A stretch of DNA of 64,000 bases from a virus (IMGVR_UViG_3300046519_000323:1-64000), one strand, 5' to 3'. Numbered from the stretch's first letter, positions 28,581 through 38,057 are shown. The notes: generated from the letters alone by a model not told the origin. A program made the numbers and translations.

Positions 28581-30608
28581 TTAATTATGGCTTTTATATC
28601 CTATACCTCCCCCAATAACATGCGCTAAACCACGATCAGATACATTTTGTGTAATAGAGGCATCTTGTTTATTAACAACTACAGGCGTCTTTGTTCCTTG
28701 TTTAGAGCTCTCAACCTTCAAGTCTTTTATAGTTGGTACCTTTATTGGTTTAGGGCGATCTGAAGTAGTTTTTGTATTTACAGCGGTTACTGTCTTTGGC
28801 TTTATTGCGTAAGGTACCTGTACATCTGTTCTTACACTCGGCTTAACCGGAATAGCAGAATCATCGCCGTTTTGCTTTATCGATTTATCCAAGTTATTAC
28901 GATAGTTATATTCTTTTGCTAAATGTGGCTTCCAGTCAAACGACTCTCCATTTCTTAATTTACTTTGGCCGTAAGCCCATTTCACATAACCTTTACCCAA
29001 AACCCTCGCAGCATCTTCTTTTGTTGCATTGGGGTTGTTCTTCATATACTCACTAACTTTTGCATATGAACTATCATTATCAAGTTCCCATTTCATAAAT
29101 TGCGCTTGTGCATCAAGTGAGGCTTGGCCTTTTATCATTTTTCCATTTTTATCAAGTAATCCGCGCCTACTCATAAATGCATTTAAACGTTCACGGCGGT
29201 CACCCTGCCAAGAAATCATACCCATATTAGTGCCGCCCGCTTTATCCTGGTGTTTACCGAATAGATATTCATCACGATAGTCATTTTCACGGCCAACCGA
29301 AGCTGTCATTGCTGCGGCCCAATTGGAATTAAAACCAGCTTTTTTCATAGCGTTATATACAGCAAGTTGCTTCTCTGTTTTATTCTTTCCGATTGGTGAA
29401 TTGACATCACTGCCTACAGCTCCGCCACTCATATCATAGAGGCCCTGCATTCCCTTATCGTAAATTGATTTACCCCATCCGCCTACCGTTTGCACTGGGT
29501 GGGTAACAAGGTTTGTTGCACCGCTTGCCAAAGTTTTTAGAGAATCAGTAAACAGCTTTGAAAAATCAATATCCTTTAATTCGTCAGTCCATTCACCTAC
29601 CTTTTTACCAAAAATGCCGCCAAGGTATGCCCCAAAACCGCCGCCCAAAATGGTTCCAGCTGGCCCAAATAACGACCCTGCAGCTGCTCCCGCAATACCC
29701 CCTGCTATTTCTCCAACGCCCTTACCTTTATCGCCAGCGTTTAAGCCATTCCAATCTTTTGCCAGCATTCCCCCACCGATTAATGCAGCAATCAACGGAA
29801 AGCGCTTTAATACAGTTTTGCCCAGCTTAGCTATGTTTTTACCTTTCCCAAGGCCAATTAGATCGGTTACACCAAAGCCGCCTGCAGCTGCTCCTTTATT
29901 GCCGCGTACAGCATCAATTAAACGCCGTAATAAGTTATTACGCTCTCTATCGCTTTTGTCCTCACGGCGGTTTTCCTTGGCTTGTTCTTCAGACAAAACC
30001 TCATCATTTCGTTTTTTACGAGCACGGCCACTAAATAAATTTACCGCTTTGGCCGTCATATGTGAAAAGACTGAACCAACGGGGCTAACAATATCCTTGA
30101 GCTCAGTTAATGCATCAATCGTAGGGTCATAACCTCTAACGTCCCCATCTGCCCCTCTCACGTTAAGAGCATCTTTGATTTTAAAAAGTAGATTCTTGTC
30201 ATCGGCACCAGCTGCTGAAACAAAACGACCGCTCTTATCCCGTTCACGTTGTTGCTGAGCTCGATACTCCGCGCTACTTGTTTTTATTGATTCTGAAGCG
30301 TCTCTTGCTTTCTTATATTGTGTTTTTGGCTCAACACTATCACTTACACGTATAGGCGCCTTATTATTTGGCAAAGTTCGGTTAGCCTGTTTTTGGGCTG
30401 TTTTAGTGCCTTCTTGATAAGCCTCTTTTACTTCTTTAACTGCCTCAGTAATGTCCTTACGTTCGCTATCAATAGCCTCTTTGACACCGCCTAGTACAGC
30501 CTGAAGGATTTCATAAGTATTGTCTTTGGTTTGATCAATACTTTCTGCCATTTGTCTTAACCGCTTTTCACCGATTAAAAAACCTGTCTCATCCGCTTTA
30601 ATTGTCAT
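28581..30608 (-). CDS. tape-measure / ejection-type protein with C-terminal lysozyme-like domain
   Basis: 675 aa; coiled-coil N-part, Gly-rich hydrophobic block GGIAGAAAGSLFGPAGTILGGGFGAYLGGIFG, C-part ..AVYNAMKKAGFNSNWAAAMTASVGRENDY..GGTNMGMISWQGDR.. like tail-tip lysozyme domains. Confidence 0.55.
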   Translation of the reverse strand: MTIKADETGFLIGEKRLRQMAESIDQTKDNTYEILQAVLGGVKEAIDSERKDITEAVKEVKEAYQEGTKTAQKQANRTLPNNKAPIRVSDSVEPKTQYKKARDASESIKTSSAEYRAQQQRERDKSGRFVSAAGADDKNLLFKIKDALNVRGADGDVRGYDPTIDALTELKDIVSPVGSVFSHMTAKAVNLFSGRARKKRNDEVLSEEQAKENRREDKSDRERNNLLRRLIDAVRGNKGAAAGGFGVTDLIGLGKGKNIAKLGKTVLKRFPLIAALIGGGMLAKDWNGLNAGDKGKGVGEIAGGIAGAAAGSLFGPAGTILGGGFGAYLGGIFGKKVGEWTDELKDIDFSKLFTDSLKTLASGATNLVTHPVQTVGGWGKSIYDKGMQGLYDMSGGAVGSDVNSPIGKNKTEKQLAVYNAMKKAGFNSNWAAAMTASVGRENDYRDEYLFGKHQDKAGGTNMGMISWQGDRRERLNAFMSRRGLLDKNGKMIKGQASLDAQAQFMKWELDNDSSYAKVSEYMKNNPNATKEDAARVLGKGYVKWAYGQSKLRNGESFDWKPHLAKEYNYRNNLDKSIKQNGDDSAIPVKPSVRTDVQVPYAIKPKTVTAVNTKTTSDRPKPIKVPTIKDLKVESSKQGTKTPVVVNKQDASITQNVSDRGLAHVIGGGIGYKSHN

Positions 30609-30680
30609 GTGTGACTAAACCATAAGATATTTTCTACATTATCGTTTTAGTCTTAAGGTGTCTTTTTTGATATTTCCCAT

Positions 30681-30775
30681 AAAAAAAACCCCATAAAGAC
30701 TAAACTTTATGGGGATATGACTAAACAAATAAGAGTGGGGCTTTCGCCCCGGATTTAAGCAACGACCAATTGCTT
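30681..30775 (-). ncRNA. candidate small RNA or terminated leader, about 95 nt
   Basis: Between promoter 30782..30809 and a strong terminator (CCCCATAAAG-loop-CTTTATGGGG + T8); two further hairpins, including GGGGC-GAAA-GCCCC (GNRA loop). Confidence 0.45.
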
Positions 30776-30781
30776 ACCCTT

Positions 30782-30809
30782 ATATTACAATAGTTTGCAT
30801 TTTGTTCAA
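30782..30809 (-). promoter_or_regulatory. sigma70-type promoter TTGAAC-16-TAATAT
   Basis: Minus strand: TTGAACaaaatgcaaactattgTAATAT; the -35 is a unit of array B. Confidence 0.55.
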
Positions 30810-30832
30810 TTGTTCTTTTGAACATATGAACA
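30803..30832. promoter_or_regulatory. 8-bp-register hexamer array B (4 units)
   Basis: TGTTCA at TGTTCT tt TGAACA ta TGAACA. Confidence 0.7.
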
Positions 30833-30847
30833 TATTTTTAACAATTA

Positions 30848-31789
30848 TTACTCTTCATCATCCTCATCCATCTCACTAACATCGTTATTAAGGCCCATGG
30901 CTTCCATCTGCTTATGAACTTCGTCAGTAACTTCTTTTTCAAGCTTACCTGATTCGATATACATACGCCGTGATTTGACCATTTCTGTTTGCTCCATGAG
31001 TCTTTGCTTTTGAGCCTCATACTCAGCGTCATCGTTAAGGTCTTGCATACGGTTGCCAGTTTCAGGCTCTTTAGTATCCTCAGGGGTAATTCCATATAAA
31101 GCAAAATCAGCCTTTAAAAGCTTGTCATATCCTGAAATGGCATTAACCAAGGTTTCAGTAAAACTCATATTGAAGTTATAAGCTGCTTCAACGTTATTAC
31201 GATCTACTTCTTTAGCAATAAGCTTGAATTGAATGTTTGTCATTAACTCCTTTGACATGACAATTTGGTCAAGCGTATGTGCAAGCAATAGGTGAATACG
31301 ATCAGTTGCATTACGGCCCCGCTTAACGACTTCAGCCGTGGTTTTTTTCTTATGCAGGCTTGTAGACAGTAACCTTTTGACTCCACCTATTGAAGTATTT
31401 ACGATTGCCTCTCTTTTACGTAAATATTCTTGATCAGAGTTGTATTCATCAAGCTCTGAGCCCTGTTCATAATCATTAGCGTCATCATCTGAATTTTTTG
31501 AATCATCCCCAATTAGTAGTAAATGCCCTTTGGTTCGCTGGACGATCTTTGTTAGCTTCGCCGTAGATAGCTTGGCTAGACCATCAGCCCTCACCCAATC
31601 CTCACGCTTGGCTCGGGCGATGACTGTGGGGCGTGATGGTAGATCAAATATTTGTGTTTCGTTTCGGACAATCTCAAGCAAACGATCTATGCTTGAGCTG
31701 CCGTCTGCCTCATATACCGCTTTAATACATGACCAAACTTCATCAGAATATCGGGCTGTATTGCTTTTCTTCGCTTCAGTTTTCGACAT
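30848..31789 (-). CDS. DNA-binding protein, possibly small terminase-like
   Basis: 313 aa; N-terminus ..YSDEVWSCIKAVYEADGSSSIDRLLEIV..PTVIARAKREDW like the HTH of gpP/Terminase_5-type small subunits; acidic C-terminus; weak. Confidence 0.3.
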   Translation of the reverse strand: MSKTEAKKSNTARYSDEVWSCIKAVYEADGSSSIDRLLEIVRNETQIFDLPSRPTVIARAKREDWVRADGLAKLSTAKLTKIVQRTKGHLLLIGDDSKNSDDDANDYEQGSELDEYNSDQEYLRKREAIVNTSIGGVKRLLSTSLHKKKTTAEVVKRGRNATDRIHLLLAHTLDQIVMSKELMTNIQFKLIAKEVDRNNVEAAYNFNMSFTETLVNAISGYDKLLKADFALYGITPEDTKEPETGNRMQDLNDDAEYEAQKQRLMEQTEMVKSRRMYIESGKLEKEVTDEVHKQMEAMGLNNDVSEMDEDDEE

Positions 31790-31811
31790 GTAGAACTAAT
31801 CATTATTAAGT

Positions 31812-32483
31812 TTAGATTTCATCTGATAATAAAGCCGGTTCAGGCTTTTGAACTGGGTCTTTATGAATATTTAAATTAATTTTCTCAAACCCCTCTATTT
31901 GCTCAATCATGTTTAACTCAAGAGCTCTTTGATATTTAGCAGTCATAGTCTCAAAAGCCCTCACGTGGTTCTCAAGATCATTACTCATTAGAAGAAGCTC
32001 AGGATATAACGCACTAAAGGCCATATCATGCTTATGTTTATTGATCTCTTTTACTAGATTTTTAGCTGCTACATGGAGCATAGCGCCTTGAAATTTAGGC
32101 AGCCTTTCCATTGTCTTTGTTAACACCATGCTGATTTGATCGGCAGCTTCTAGGGCTGTACAGCGCATTGTATCGAGTATCAAACCGTTATGTGATGCAG
32201 CTAGATCGGGTTCAATTTCATTACTAATACCAAATAGAAAATCGATACTGCATTTGTATGCTAGACTTATTTTATAAAGGGTTTGAGCTGAAATTGGCTT
32301 TGAGCCTTTTTCAATTTCTACAATTCGATTGAGCTGCTTTTCATTCGAATAACCGAAAATAAGCTTCATCGCTTTAGCCCTTGAGAAACCCGCCCAATCA
32401 CGCGCACGACGACAATTCTCACCAATCATTCTATTCAGTTTGTCTTTATCGACCGAATCTCTAAAAGTTGTAATTTCTGACAT
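31812..32483 (-). CDS. XRE-family HTH regulator
   Basis: 223 aa; ..FSRAKAMKLIFGYSNEKQLNRIVEIEKGSKPISAQTLYKISLAYKCSIDFLFG.. Confidence 0.6.
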   Translation of the reverse strand: MSEITTFRDSVDKDKLNRMIGENCRRARDWAGFSRAKAMKLIFGYSNEKQLNRIVEIEKGSKPISAQTLYKISLAYKCSIDFLFGISNEIEPDLAASHNGLILDTMRCTALEAADQISMVLTKTMERLPKFQGAMLHVAAKNLVKEINKHKHDMAFSALYPELLLMSNDLENHVRAFETMTAKYQRALELNMIEQIEGFEKINLNIHKDPVQKPEPALLSDEI

Positions 32484-32485
32484 GA

Positions 32486-32956
32486 TTAGATACCTAAATA
32501 CGATTTGATTTGAGCCATTGCATCAGCCACATTTCTGACAAAAACGACTTTATTACCCAGCGATTGAAGTAATTTTATTTGAACTTCCTGTTCTGGCCGT
32601 AAGCGACCCTTTTCGCTTTTTAATTCAATCCACAACGCACTAAATCCCCCACGTGCAACGGGTAGTAATAAATCTGGCGTACCAGCAATAACACCCATTT
32701 CTTTAAACTTAGCTGCCTCACCCTTTGAACGTAGCCCGCCGTTCGGAATGTGACGTATTAATTCTGAAACCCTGTACCCTTGGTATTTCAAAAAGGCGCA
32801 TTCAGTGATGATTTGTTTTTGAATATCATCCTCTAAAGGAGATAAACCCATAATTCTGCGTTCTAACGCGGTACGGCGCGTCTTCTTCGTCTTAGAAGTT
32901 TTTAGAACAGGAATGTTTGTTTTAAATTTTGGTGATGATTTAATGCGGTAAGTCAT
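32486..32956 (-). CDS. VRR-NUC domain nuclease
   Basis: 156 aa; ..GTPDLLLPV..ALWIELKSEKGRLRPEQ.. PD-(D/E)xK arrangement of VRR-NUC. Confidence 0.65.
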   Translation of the reverse strand: MTYRIKSSPKFKTNIPVLKTSKTKKTRRTALERRIMGLSPLEDDIQKQIITECAFLKYQGYRVSELIRHIPNGGLRSKGEAAKFKEMGVIAGTPDLLLPVARGGFSALWIELKSEKGRLRPEQEVQIKLLQSLGNKVVFVRNVADAMAQIKSYLGI

Positions 32957-33134
32957 TGAACTTAGCCTTTAATTGTTGTTCACAACGTAGAAATGCCTGC
33001 TTATTTATTTCCTCTATCGCTTTAACTTGTTTCCGGCTTCTTCCATGACGGATATGGCCGACTAAGTAATAAATACACACAGTAAATAACATCCCCAATA
33101 CAAAAATCGTAAGAATTAACGCCGAATTATGCAT
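32940..33134 (-). CDS. small membrane protein
   Basis: 64 aa; one TM (ALILTIFVLGMLFTVCIYYLVG); first gene after the TATACA operator triplet. Confidence 0.5.
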   Translation of the reverse strand: MHNSALILTIFVLGMLFTVCIYYLVGHIRHGRSRKQVKAIEEINKQAFLRCEQQLKAKFNDLPH

Positions 33135-33148
33135 AAAAACTTAACCTA

Positions 33149-33217
33149 TATACATTAATGTATAAATATACTAAATAATTATACATTAATGTATCTATAA
33201 TAATACAGAGCTGTATA
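33149..33217. promoter_or_regulatory. three TATACA-N4-TGTATA operators
   Basis: TATACATTAATGTATA (33149-33164), TATACATTAATGTATc (33180-33195), aATACAGAGCTGTATA (33202-33217); spacings 31 and 22 bp. Confidence 0.65.
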
Positions 33218-33228
33218 TAGTTTTAACC

Positions 33229-33261
33229 AAAAAAAAAGCTACTCGTTTGAGTAGCCTTTTT
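33229..33261. terminator. rho-independent terminator (bidirectional look)
   Basis: GCTACTC GTTT GAGTAGC hairpin flanked by A9 and T5. Confidence 0.75.
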
Positions 33262-33388
33262 CTGAAACTGTTACAGCCGCTTCACACTGTGCCCGATCTA
33301 TCTGGATTGAATAGAAACAAGCCTCCCCGCCTGAGAACCCAATAATATACACATACGTATCAAAGTCAATACATAATACGTATTATTT

Positions 33389-33838
33389 TTACTTAAAGCG
33401 CATCGCTTCTAAAATGGCCGCGGGTACAGATTTATCTGTTTCCCTCATATCAGGTTCATTTAATACCAGGTGCAAACCTTTAATCGTCGATCTGAGTGTA
33501 ATGTTTTCAACCTGCAGCGTATTCCTTTCCTCTGTCATCTTTTCCAGCTGTTTACGTAGCCGTTTAATCTCCTGATCTTTTTCATTACGATATTCGGCTA
33601 CTGCTCTTTTATACCCTTTTGCTGAAGCAGTTCGCACCTGTGGGTGCCAATCTAAATCATTTGTGGACCAAGCATAATTAGAAAATAATTTGTAAAGACC
33701 ATCTTCATGATGCTTGCTGAAATAAAGCACCTCAAAAAAGAGGAAACTAAAACTCCAAAAGGTTGGCTTATTCAAAAGATTAAATTCATGCTTTTTACGT
33801 AAATGTATGCCTTTAAGACCAAAAATAACTAAAAACAT
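33389..33838 (-). CDS. hypothetical protein with C-terminal coiled coil
   Basis: 149-aa ORF. Confidence 0.5.
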   Translation of the reverse strand: MFLVIFGLKGIHLRKKHEFNLLNKPTFWSFSFLFFEVLYFSKHHEDGLYKLFSNYAWSTNDLDWHPQVRTASAKGYKRAVAEYRNEKDQEIKRLRKQLEKMTEERNTLQVENITLRSTIKGLHLVLNEPDMRETDKSVPAAILEAMRFK

Positions 33839-33841
33839 GGC

Positions 33842-34222
33842 TTAATCTCGATCTATACAACGCCAGCCATTCATTTGGACTGCTGAATAAGGTACGCAGT
33901 CATTAAATGCATAGTATTCATACTTAGGCTTGTTTTGATGACTCGATTTTCGTGAACTATATAAAGGTTTTTTTACTGTAACCTTGTTATTTACAGGCTT
34001 TGGGGGGACTTTCGTTATCGACCTGAAAGACGTGCTTTTGAAACTCGAGGCAGTTTGAGTACGACTTAGGCTATTAGCAGCTACGGGACGGCTGACAGGT
34101 GATGACCGACTAGCACTAAATGACGCACGTGATGAACTAACGGCGCTATTTGCTGCTGTTGAGATAACGGCCAAAGGCATAGAAAAGGCTACAAGTAGAC
34201 AAAGGCGTGAAACTCTTAACAT
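33842..34222 (-). CDS. secreted Ser-rich protein
   Basis: Start moved to MLRVSRLCLLVAFSMPLAVISTAANSA (signal peptide); the 21 upstream codons are array C read as protein. Confidence 0.5.
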   Translation of the reverse strand: MLRVSRLCLLVAFSMPLAVISTAANSAVSSSRASFSASRSSPVSRPVAANSLSRTQTASSFKSTSFRSITKVPPKPVNNKVTVKKPLYSSRKSSHQNKPKYEYYAFNDCVPYSAVQMNGWRCIDRD

Positions 34223-34254
34223 AAAAAAATCCCTATCAAAGAAAGCCATAAAAA

Positions 34255-34284
34255 TGAACAAATGTTCAAATAAACATTTGTTCA
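34255..34284. promoter_or_regulatory. 8-bp-register hexamer array C (4 units)
   Basis: TGAACA aa TGTTCA aa TAAACA tt TGTTCA. Confidence 0.7.
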
Positions 34285-34332
34285 TATGGATTGAAGGGAA
34301 ATATAAATAAATCGTTTTATTTGGCTTTGGTG

Positions 34333-34728
34333 TTATTCCACTGCATTCGGATCATTAACTTGTTTTAACAAAGTGCGTATTTCTCGTCTTAGGAAATCAA
34401 TAGCCCAAACCATTGGCTCATTTTTCCGTTTAATTGCCTCTTGATACTGCATATCCATTTGTACCAAATGACTCTCAAAGGTTGTTATAAACAAGGTTTG
34501 ATTGCATTTAAGTCTTGAAATCTCCTCTTCAAGTTTATCAATTTTCAATAAAGCTTTTTCTGGTTCAAGTTGAAGGTTAGTAAAGCAAACACCGTCATGG
34601 ATACATCCCTTACGCTCAATACATACCCATGGCGCACCTGATTGACATTTAACGAGAGCATTTCCCCATATATTTTCGTCATTACTACTCAAATCCTCTT
34701 CACACGGTAGTCGCTTCATTGCCCTCAA
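34333..34728 (-). CDS. hypothetical protein
   Basis: 131-aa ORF. Confidence 0.5.
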   Translation of the reverse strand: MRAMKRLPCEEDLSSNDENIWGNALVKCQSGAPWVCIERKGCIHDGVCFTNLQLEPEKALLKIDKLEEEISRLKCNQTLFITTFESHLVQMDMQYQEAIKRKNEPMVWAIDFLRREIRTLLKQVNDPNAVE

Positions 34729-35491
34729 CCCCTGTTAAACTCAAGCTTTCAAGTGTTTCTAAGATACCTGCAGTGAAAGACGGCGCTCGGTCGGCTTCAG
34801 GAATTTGATATTTACGTTCATATCTACGTATTACCCTGTCTTGCTCTTTATTGAGCCTTTCAAGTTCAGTGACTTGGTTTGTAAGCTTCGGAAATGCACG
34901 CTGCATATAAAGTATTTGTTCAGGGTCTTGTAAACGCGCAAGAGCCATACACATCAAATTAAACTCGTTTTGAAAATTCCGCTCATTAAACGCAAACGCT
35001 TTAAAGCTATTCATAACATCCGTATGACTGCGCCACATTCGCGGCTTATTGTCGTAAGTTGTTCCGCATGGCGTTTTAGGTACGGCCATAGCGCCAGCCA
35101 TAACCTTACAGCGTCCACCAGCTGAAACATAAATCAGGCCCCATTTTTCTGGCAGCTCTTCAACTTTAATTAATCCTTTAGGGCATATGTAGTAACGCCA
35201 TTTACCTATACCCGTTTCGGGTTTACCTCGATGAGGCTTTTTCCGATCTGCTAAGAAATCAGAACGGCTCACTTTTGCCTCTAAAACAACGCTACCAACA
35301 TCATGACCACGTTCATAAACCTTGCCGTCAAACTCATATGGTTCGACTGTACCGTGACGAATACCAAAGACATCAGGGTTTTCGCCGTAACATGCTGCTT
35401 CAATAATTGTAAAGTGGCATCCATGGCCGTTTGCTGATTCTGGACGCTTAAGAAACTTAGCGCCTATTTCACATAGCTCTCTATGATTCAT
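34700..35491 (-). CDS. PD-(D/E)xK nuclease-like protein
   Basis: Start moved to MNHRELCEIG; ..ENPDVFG..(about 30 aa)..VVLEAKVSRSDF.. D...ExK arrangement. Confidence 0.45.
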   Translation of the reverse strand: MNHRELCEIGAKFLKRPESANGHGCHFTIIEAACYGENPDVFGIRHGTVEPYEFDGKVYERGHDVGSVVLEAKVSRSDFLADRKKPHRGKPETGIGKWRYYICPKGLIKVEELPEKWGLIYVSAGGRCKVMAGAMAVPKTPCGTTYDNKPRMWRSHTDVMNSFKAFAFNERNFQNEFNLMCMALARLQDPEQILYMQRAFPKLTNQVTELERLNKEQDRVIRRYERKYQIPEADRAPSFTAGILETLESLSLTGVEGNEATTV

Positions 35492-35705
35492 CGTAAAAAC
35501 CTTCTGGAACCTTCCAAAAACAACCCTCGCCACCAGTGAAAATTTTGCCTTCAGAATCTTTTGCACTTATGGCCGTCACAAAACGGCCAACTTTCACTGC
35601 AGCTATTCTCAGCTCTCCTTTTGGGTTCCATTTATCATGAGAAGGCTTAACCAAATCACCAACGGACCACCCAAAAGAAGCGCTCTCTTTAATTTCGATA
35701 TCCAT
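35481..35705 (-). CDS. hypothetical protein
   Basis: 74-aa ORF. Confidence 0.5.
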   Translation of the reverse strand: MDIEIKESASFGWSVGDLVKPSHDKWNPKGELRIAAVKVGRFVTAISAKDSEGKIFTGGEGCFWKVPEGFYDES

Positions 35706-35713
35706 GAATAAAG

Positions 35714-36253
35714 TTATTTACCGCGCTTTTGCCTGAACTCAGACTCCGTAATTTCTTTTAAATAGGGAGAAATTACCTTTGCCTTCCCTAAAACTTCTAC
35801 TAAAACGCTATCCGCAAAAGTTGACATATGGCTAATACCCTCAAAAAAAGACGTGCGAACACAAAGTTCGTCTATTACAGCTGCCGTGGTGAATACTTGG
35901 TTAAATTGGAGGGTAAGTTTTTGGGCTACTTCAGTACAAAACTTTGTATTAGCCTTAGATGGCACATAGATAGTTGCGTCTTCAATTTCATCTGTGGGCC
36001 CTATATATTTAGTTGGTTCAACTGACTCCCAAAGTGTTAGATCAACTTTTTGTTTTTCCTTATCACCTATATAAAAGCCACTACAAACAAATTCTCCAAT
36101 ATTAAATTTAATATCAGGTGGATAATAAGCCTCAATAAATCCATATTCTTTAGCTATGGCCGTGAACTTGTTACGGTGCTCATCCCGTTCATTCATTAAT
36201 TTATTAAGTTGAGCAACTAAAGCCGGCTCTTCAATAATGTAGAATTTTTCCAT
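35714..36253 (-). CDS. hypothetical protein
   Basis: 179-aa ORF. Confidence 0.55.
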   Translation of the reverse strand: MEKFYIIEEPALVAQLNKLMNERDEHRNKFTAIAKEYGFIEAYYPPDIKFNIGEFVCSGFYIGDKEKQKVDLTLWESVEPTKYIGPTDEIEDATIYVPSKANTKFCTEVAQKLTLQFNQVFTTAAVIDELCVRTSFFEGISHMSTFADSVLVEVLGKAKVISPYLKEITESEFRQKRGK

Positions 36254-36256
36254 GTT

Positions 36257-36925
36257 TTAACCTAAATCAATAATTGTTAATTTGCCTGTATGAAATGCTC
36301 CTGTATCAATAAAGACACAGTTGTCACGGCGGAATGCGTTAAAAACCATAGTGTGACCTAGAAACACATAATCAATATTTTTCACTTCCTCATAACCCGG
36401 ATTATGACGATCTACACGTCTACGCCCCCAAAGAGCCTCTTTTTGAGCCGATCTGATTGAAGTGGTGTCTTCTTGGCTCAATCTGGCTTTGAATTGCTCC
36501 CAATCATTCTCTTCAATATTGCCGTGTACAAAACCGTACTTTTTGCCCTTATGATGAACCTCTAATACAGTCGGCATGTTACGAAAGGCTGCTAAAAACA
36601 TATGTAGGTCAAATTCTGGTAGCTCATAGAACCAATGGCCCCCATTTTGAAGGTGACATTTCTTCATAACTGGGTCGCTCATGGCTTCAATACACAAAAG
36701 CTCATGATTGCCTAGCACAGCTTTAAACCAGTCTTCCCAAAGTAATTCGGCACATTCTTTACTTTGTGGTCCCCGATCAACTAAATCCCCAACGGAAATT
36801 AAAAGGTCATTATCAAAATCAAACCCTATTTCCTTTAGCCGGTTCATCAGTAAGTTATAACAACCGTGTAAATCACCAACGGCGAATAACTTACCTTTAC
36901 GCTTATTATTTAGAACTTGAATCAC
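36257..36925 (-). CDS. Ser/Thr protein phosphatase (lambda PPase / metallophosphoesterase type)
   Basis: 222 aa; GDLHGC, GDLVDRGP, GNHE motifs in canonical order. Confidence 0.8.
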   Translation of the reverse strand: MIQVLNNKRKGKLFAVGDLHGCYNLLMNRLKEIGFDFDNDLLISVGDLVDRGPQSKECAELLWEDWFKAVLGNHELLCIEAMSDPVMKKCHLQNGGHWFYELPEFDLHMFLAAFRNMPTVLEVHHKGKKYGFVHGNIEENDWEQFKARLSQEDTTSIRSAQKEALWGRRRVDRHNPGYEEVKNIDYVFLGHTMVFNAFRRDNCVFIDTGAFHTGKLTIIDLG

Positions 36926-37370
36926 TTGCGCTCTCCGGTTCTTTTACCTGATCTTTCATTTGCTGAAAGTGGTCTTTATTTTGAGTGCGCCATTCTTTCC
37001 AAGTTTCATCGGTTTCAATGTGCTTAATCCATCGCGGATGCTCTTTTTTCTCTACTTTAGAATGTCTGCAGCGAATAATGCCGTCATCCCCTTGAGCTTC
37101 CCCGTCACGATCAAGTCTGAGCTCTTCTAGCTCGTCATCATCCATATCTTCTAATTCATCTTCATAGATATAGTTTTCACGATGTTCAGAACAAAAAAAG
37201 CCACCACAATGCTCTGTATGTTCAGGGTCTTCACAACACGCAGCCCCCATACCTCTATCAATTTCAGTAAAACAACCAGGATGATCGCAGTAAGCTGGTA
37301 CACCGTACCCTTGCCAACGGCCATTACGCTCATAAATTGAATAACCCATATTATTTAATCCCCGTTTCAA
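36906..37370 (-). CDS. hypothetical Cys/His-rich protein
   Basis: 154-aa ORF; CDHPGC, CCEDPEHTEHCGGFFC. Confidence 0.5.
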   Translation of the reverse strand: MKRGLNNMGYSIYERNGRWQGYGVPAYCDHPGCFTEIDRGMGAACCEDPEHTEHCGGFFCSEHRENYIYEDELEDMDDDELEELRLDRDGEAQGDDGIIRCRHSKVEKKEHPRWIKHIETDETWKEWRTQNKDHFQQMKDQVKEPESASDSSSK

Positions 37371-37650
37371 CGTTACACATCCATTTGCGGATACGCTTAA
37401 ACCAAGCCAAGCTGAAGAGCATGACTATATAAAAAATGTCTTTAAAATCGCCGTGCTTATTCCACAGCTGATCGTAGTAACTTGCTATTTCGAGCGCCGT
37501 TAAAACCATCACGACATCGAGAAAAATAATTTTTTTGTTTAAAACTAAATCTTTGTTTTCATATAGCCATTTGCAGATAAGGACCGATAATCCAGAAGTG
37601 ACTATGGTTAACAAAGTCACAAAAAGACCTTTAATTGTTATTAGGAACAT
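37351..37650 (-). CDS. small multi-pass membrane protein
   Basis: 99 aa, three hydrophobic segments. Confidence 0.5.
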   Translation of the reverse strand: MFLITIKGLFVTLLTIVTSGLSVLICKWLYENKDLVLNKKIIFLDVVMVLTALEIASYYDQLWNKHGDFKDIFYIVMLFSLAWFKRIRKWMCNVETGIK

Positions 37651-38057
37651 AACCGCTCCTGAATAACCTGCCCCATGGCTTGAGAGAGCTCAAAACCTTC
37701 TTTTTGATATACGAAGTGTGGGAACCTTTCGACCTCTTTAAAATCAATATGATTCATTGCATTTGAAGCTTGTTCATACAACTCATCAATCAACTGAGGA
37801 TTAGTAAGTTTTACGCGCCACCCAGCACCTTTTTGCGGCTGGCTTAACTGTATGACTCCTTCAGCCTGTAATCTGACTGCAAGCATTAATCTCTGTCTCG
37901 AGTCAAAAGAACCCACTGAAGAAAGACTTGCCCATATGTAACTTAAATCAGGTCTTTTACGTTCAACATGCTTGTCTAGCTCAACAAACATAATGACCTG
38001 TTGAGCCAAGACTCTAAAAAGACATTCTTTAAAAAGTTCCTTATTTTTATTTTTCAC
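37641..38057 (-). CDS. hypothetical protein
   Basis: 138-aa ORF. Confidence 0.5.
   Translation of the reverse strand: MKNKNKELFKECLFRVLAQQVIMFVELDKHVERKRPDLSYIWASLSSVGSFDSRQRLMLAVRLQAEGVIQLSQPQKGAGWRVKLTNPQLIDELYEQASNAMNHIDFKEVERFPHFVYQKEGFELSQAMGQVIQERLCS

Noticed and set aside
29558-30132. Plus-strand ORFs of 90 and 172 aa antisense to the tape-measure-like gene
   Set aside because: These are Pro/Ala-rich artefacts of reading Gly-rich (GGN) codons backwards. They have no SD or promoter and lie fully inside a well-supported minus-strand gene.
34223-34285. N-terminal 21 codons of ORF 33842..34285 (MNKCLFEHLFIFMAFFDRDFF)
   Set aside because: This stretch is hexamer array C read as protein. 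The internal Met starts a canonical signal peptide, so the start was moved to 34222. The same logic applies to 28457..28519, where the TATACA operators are read as protein.
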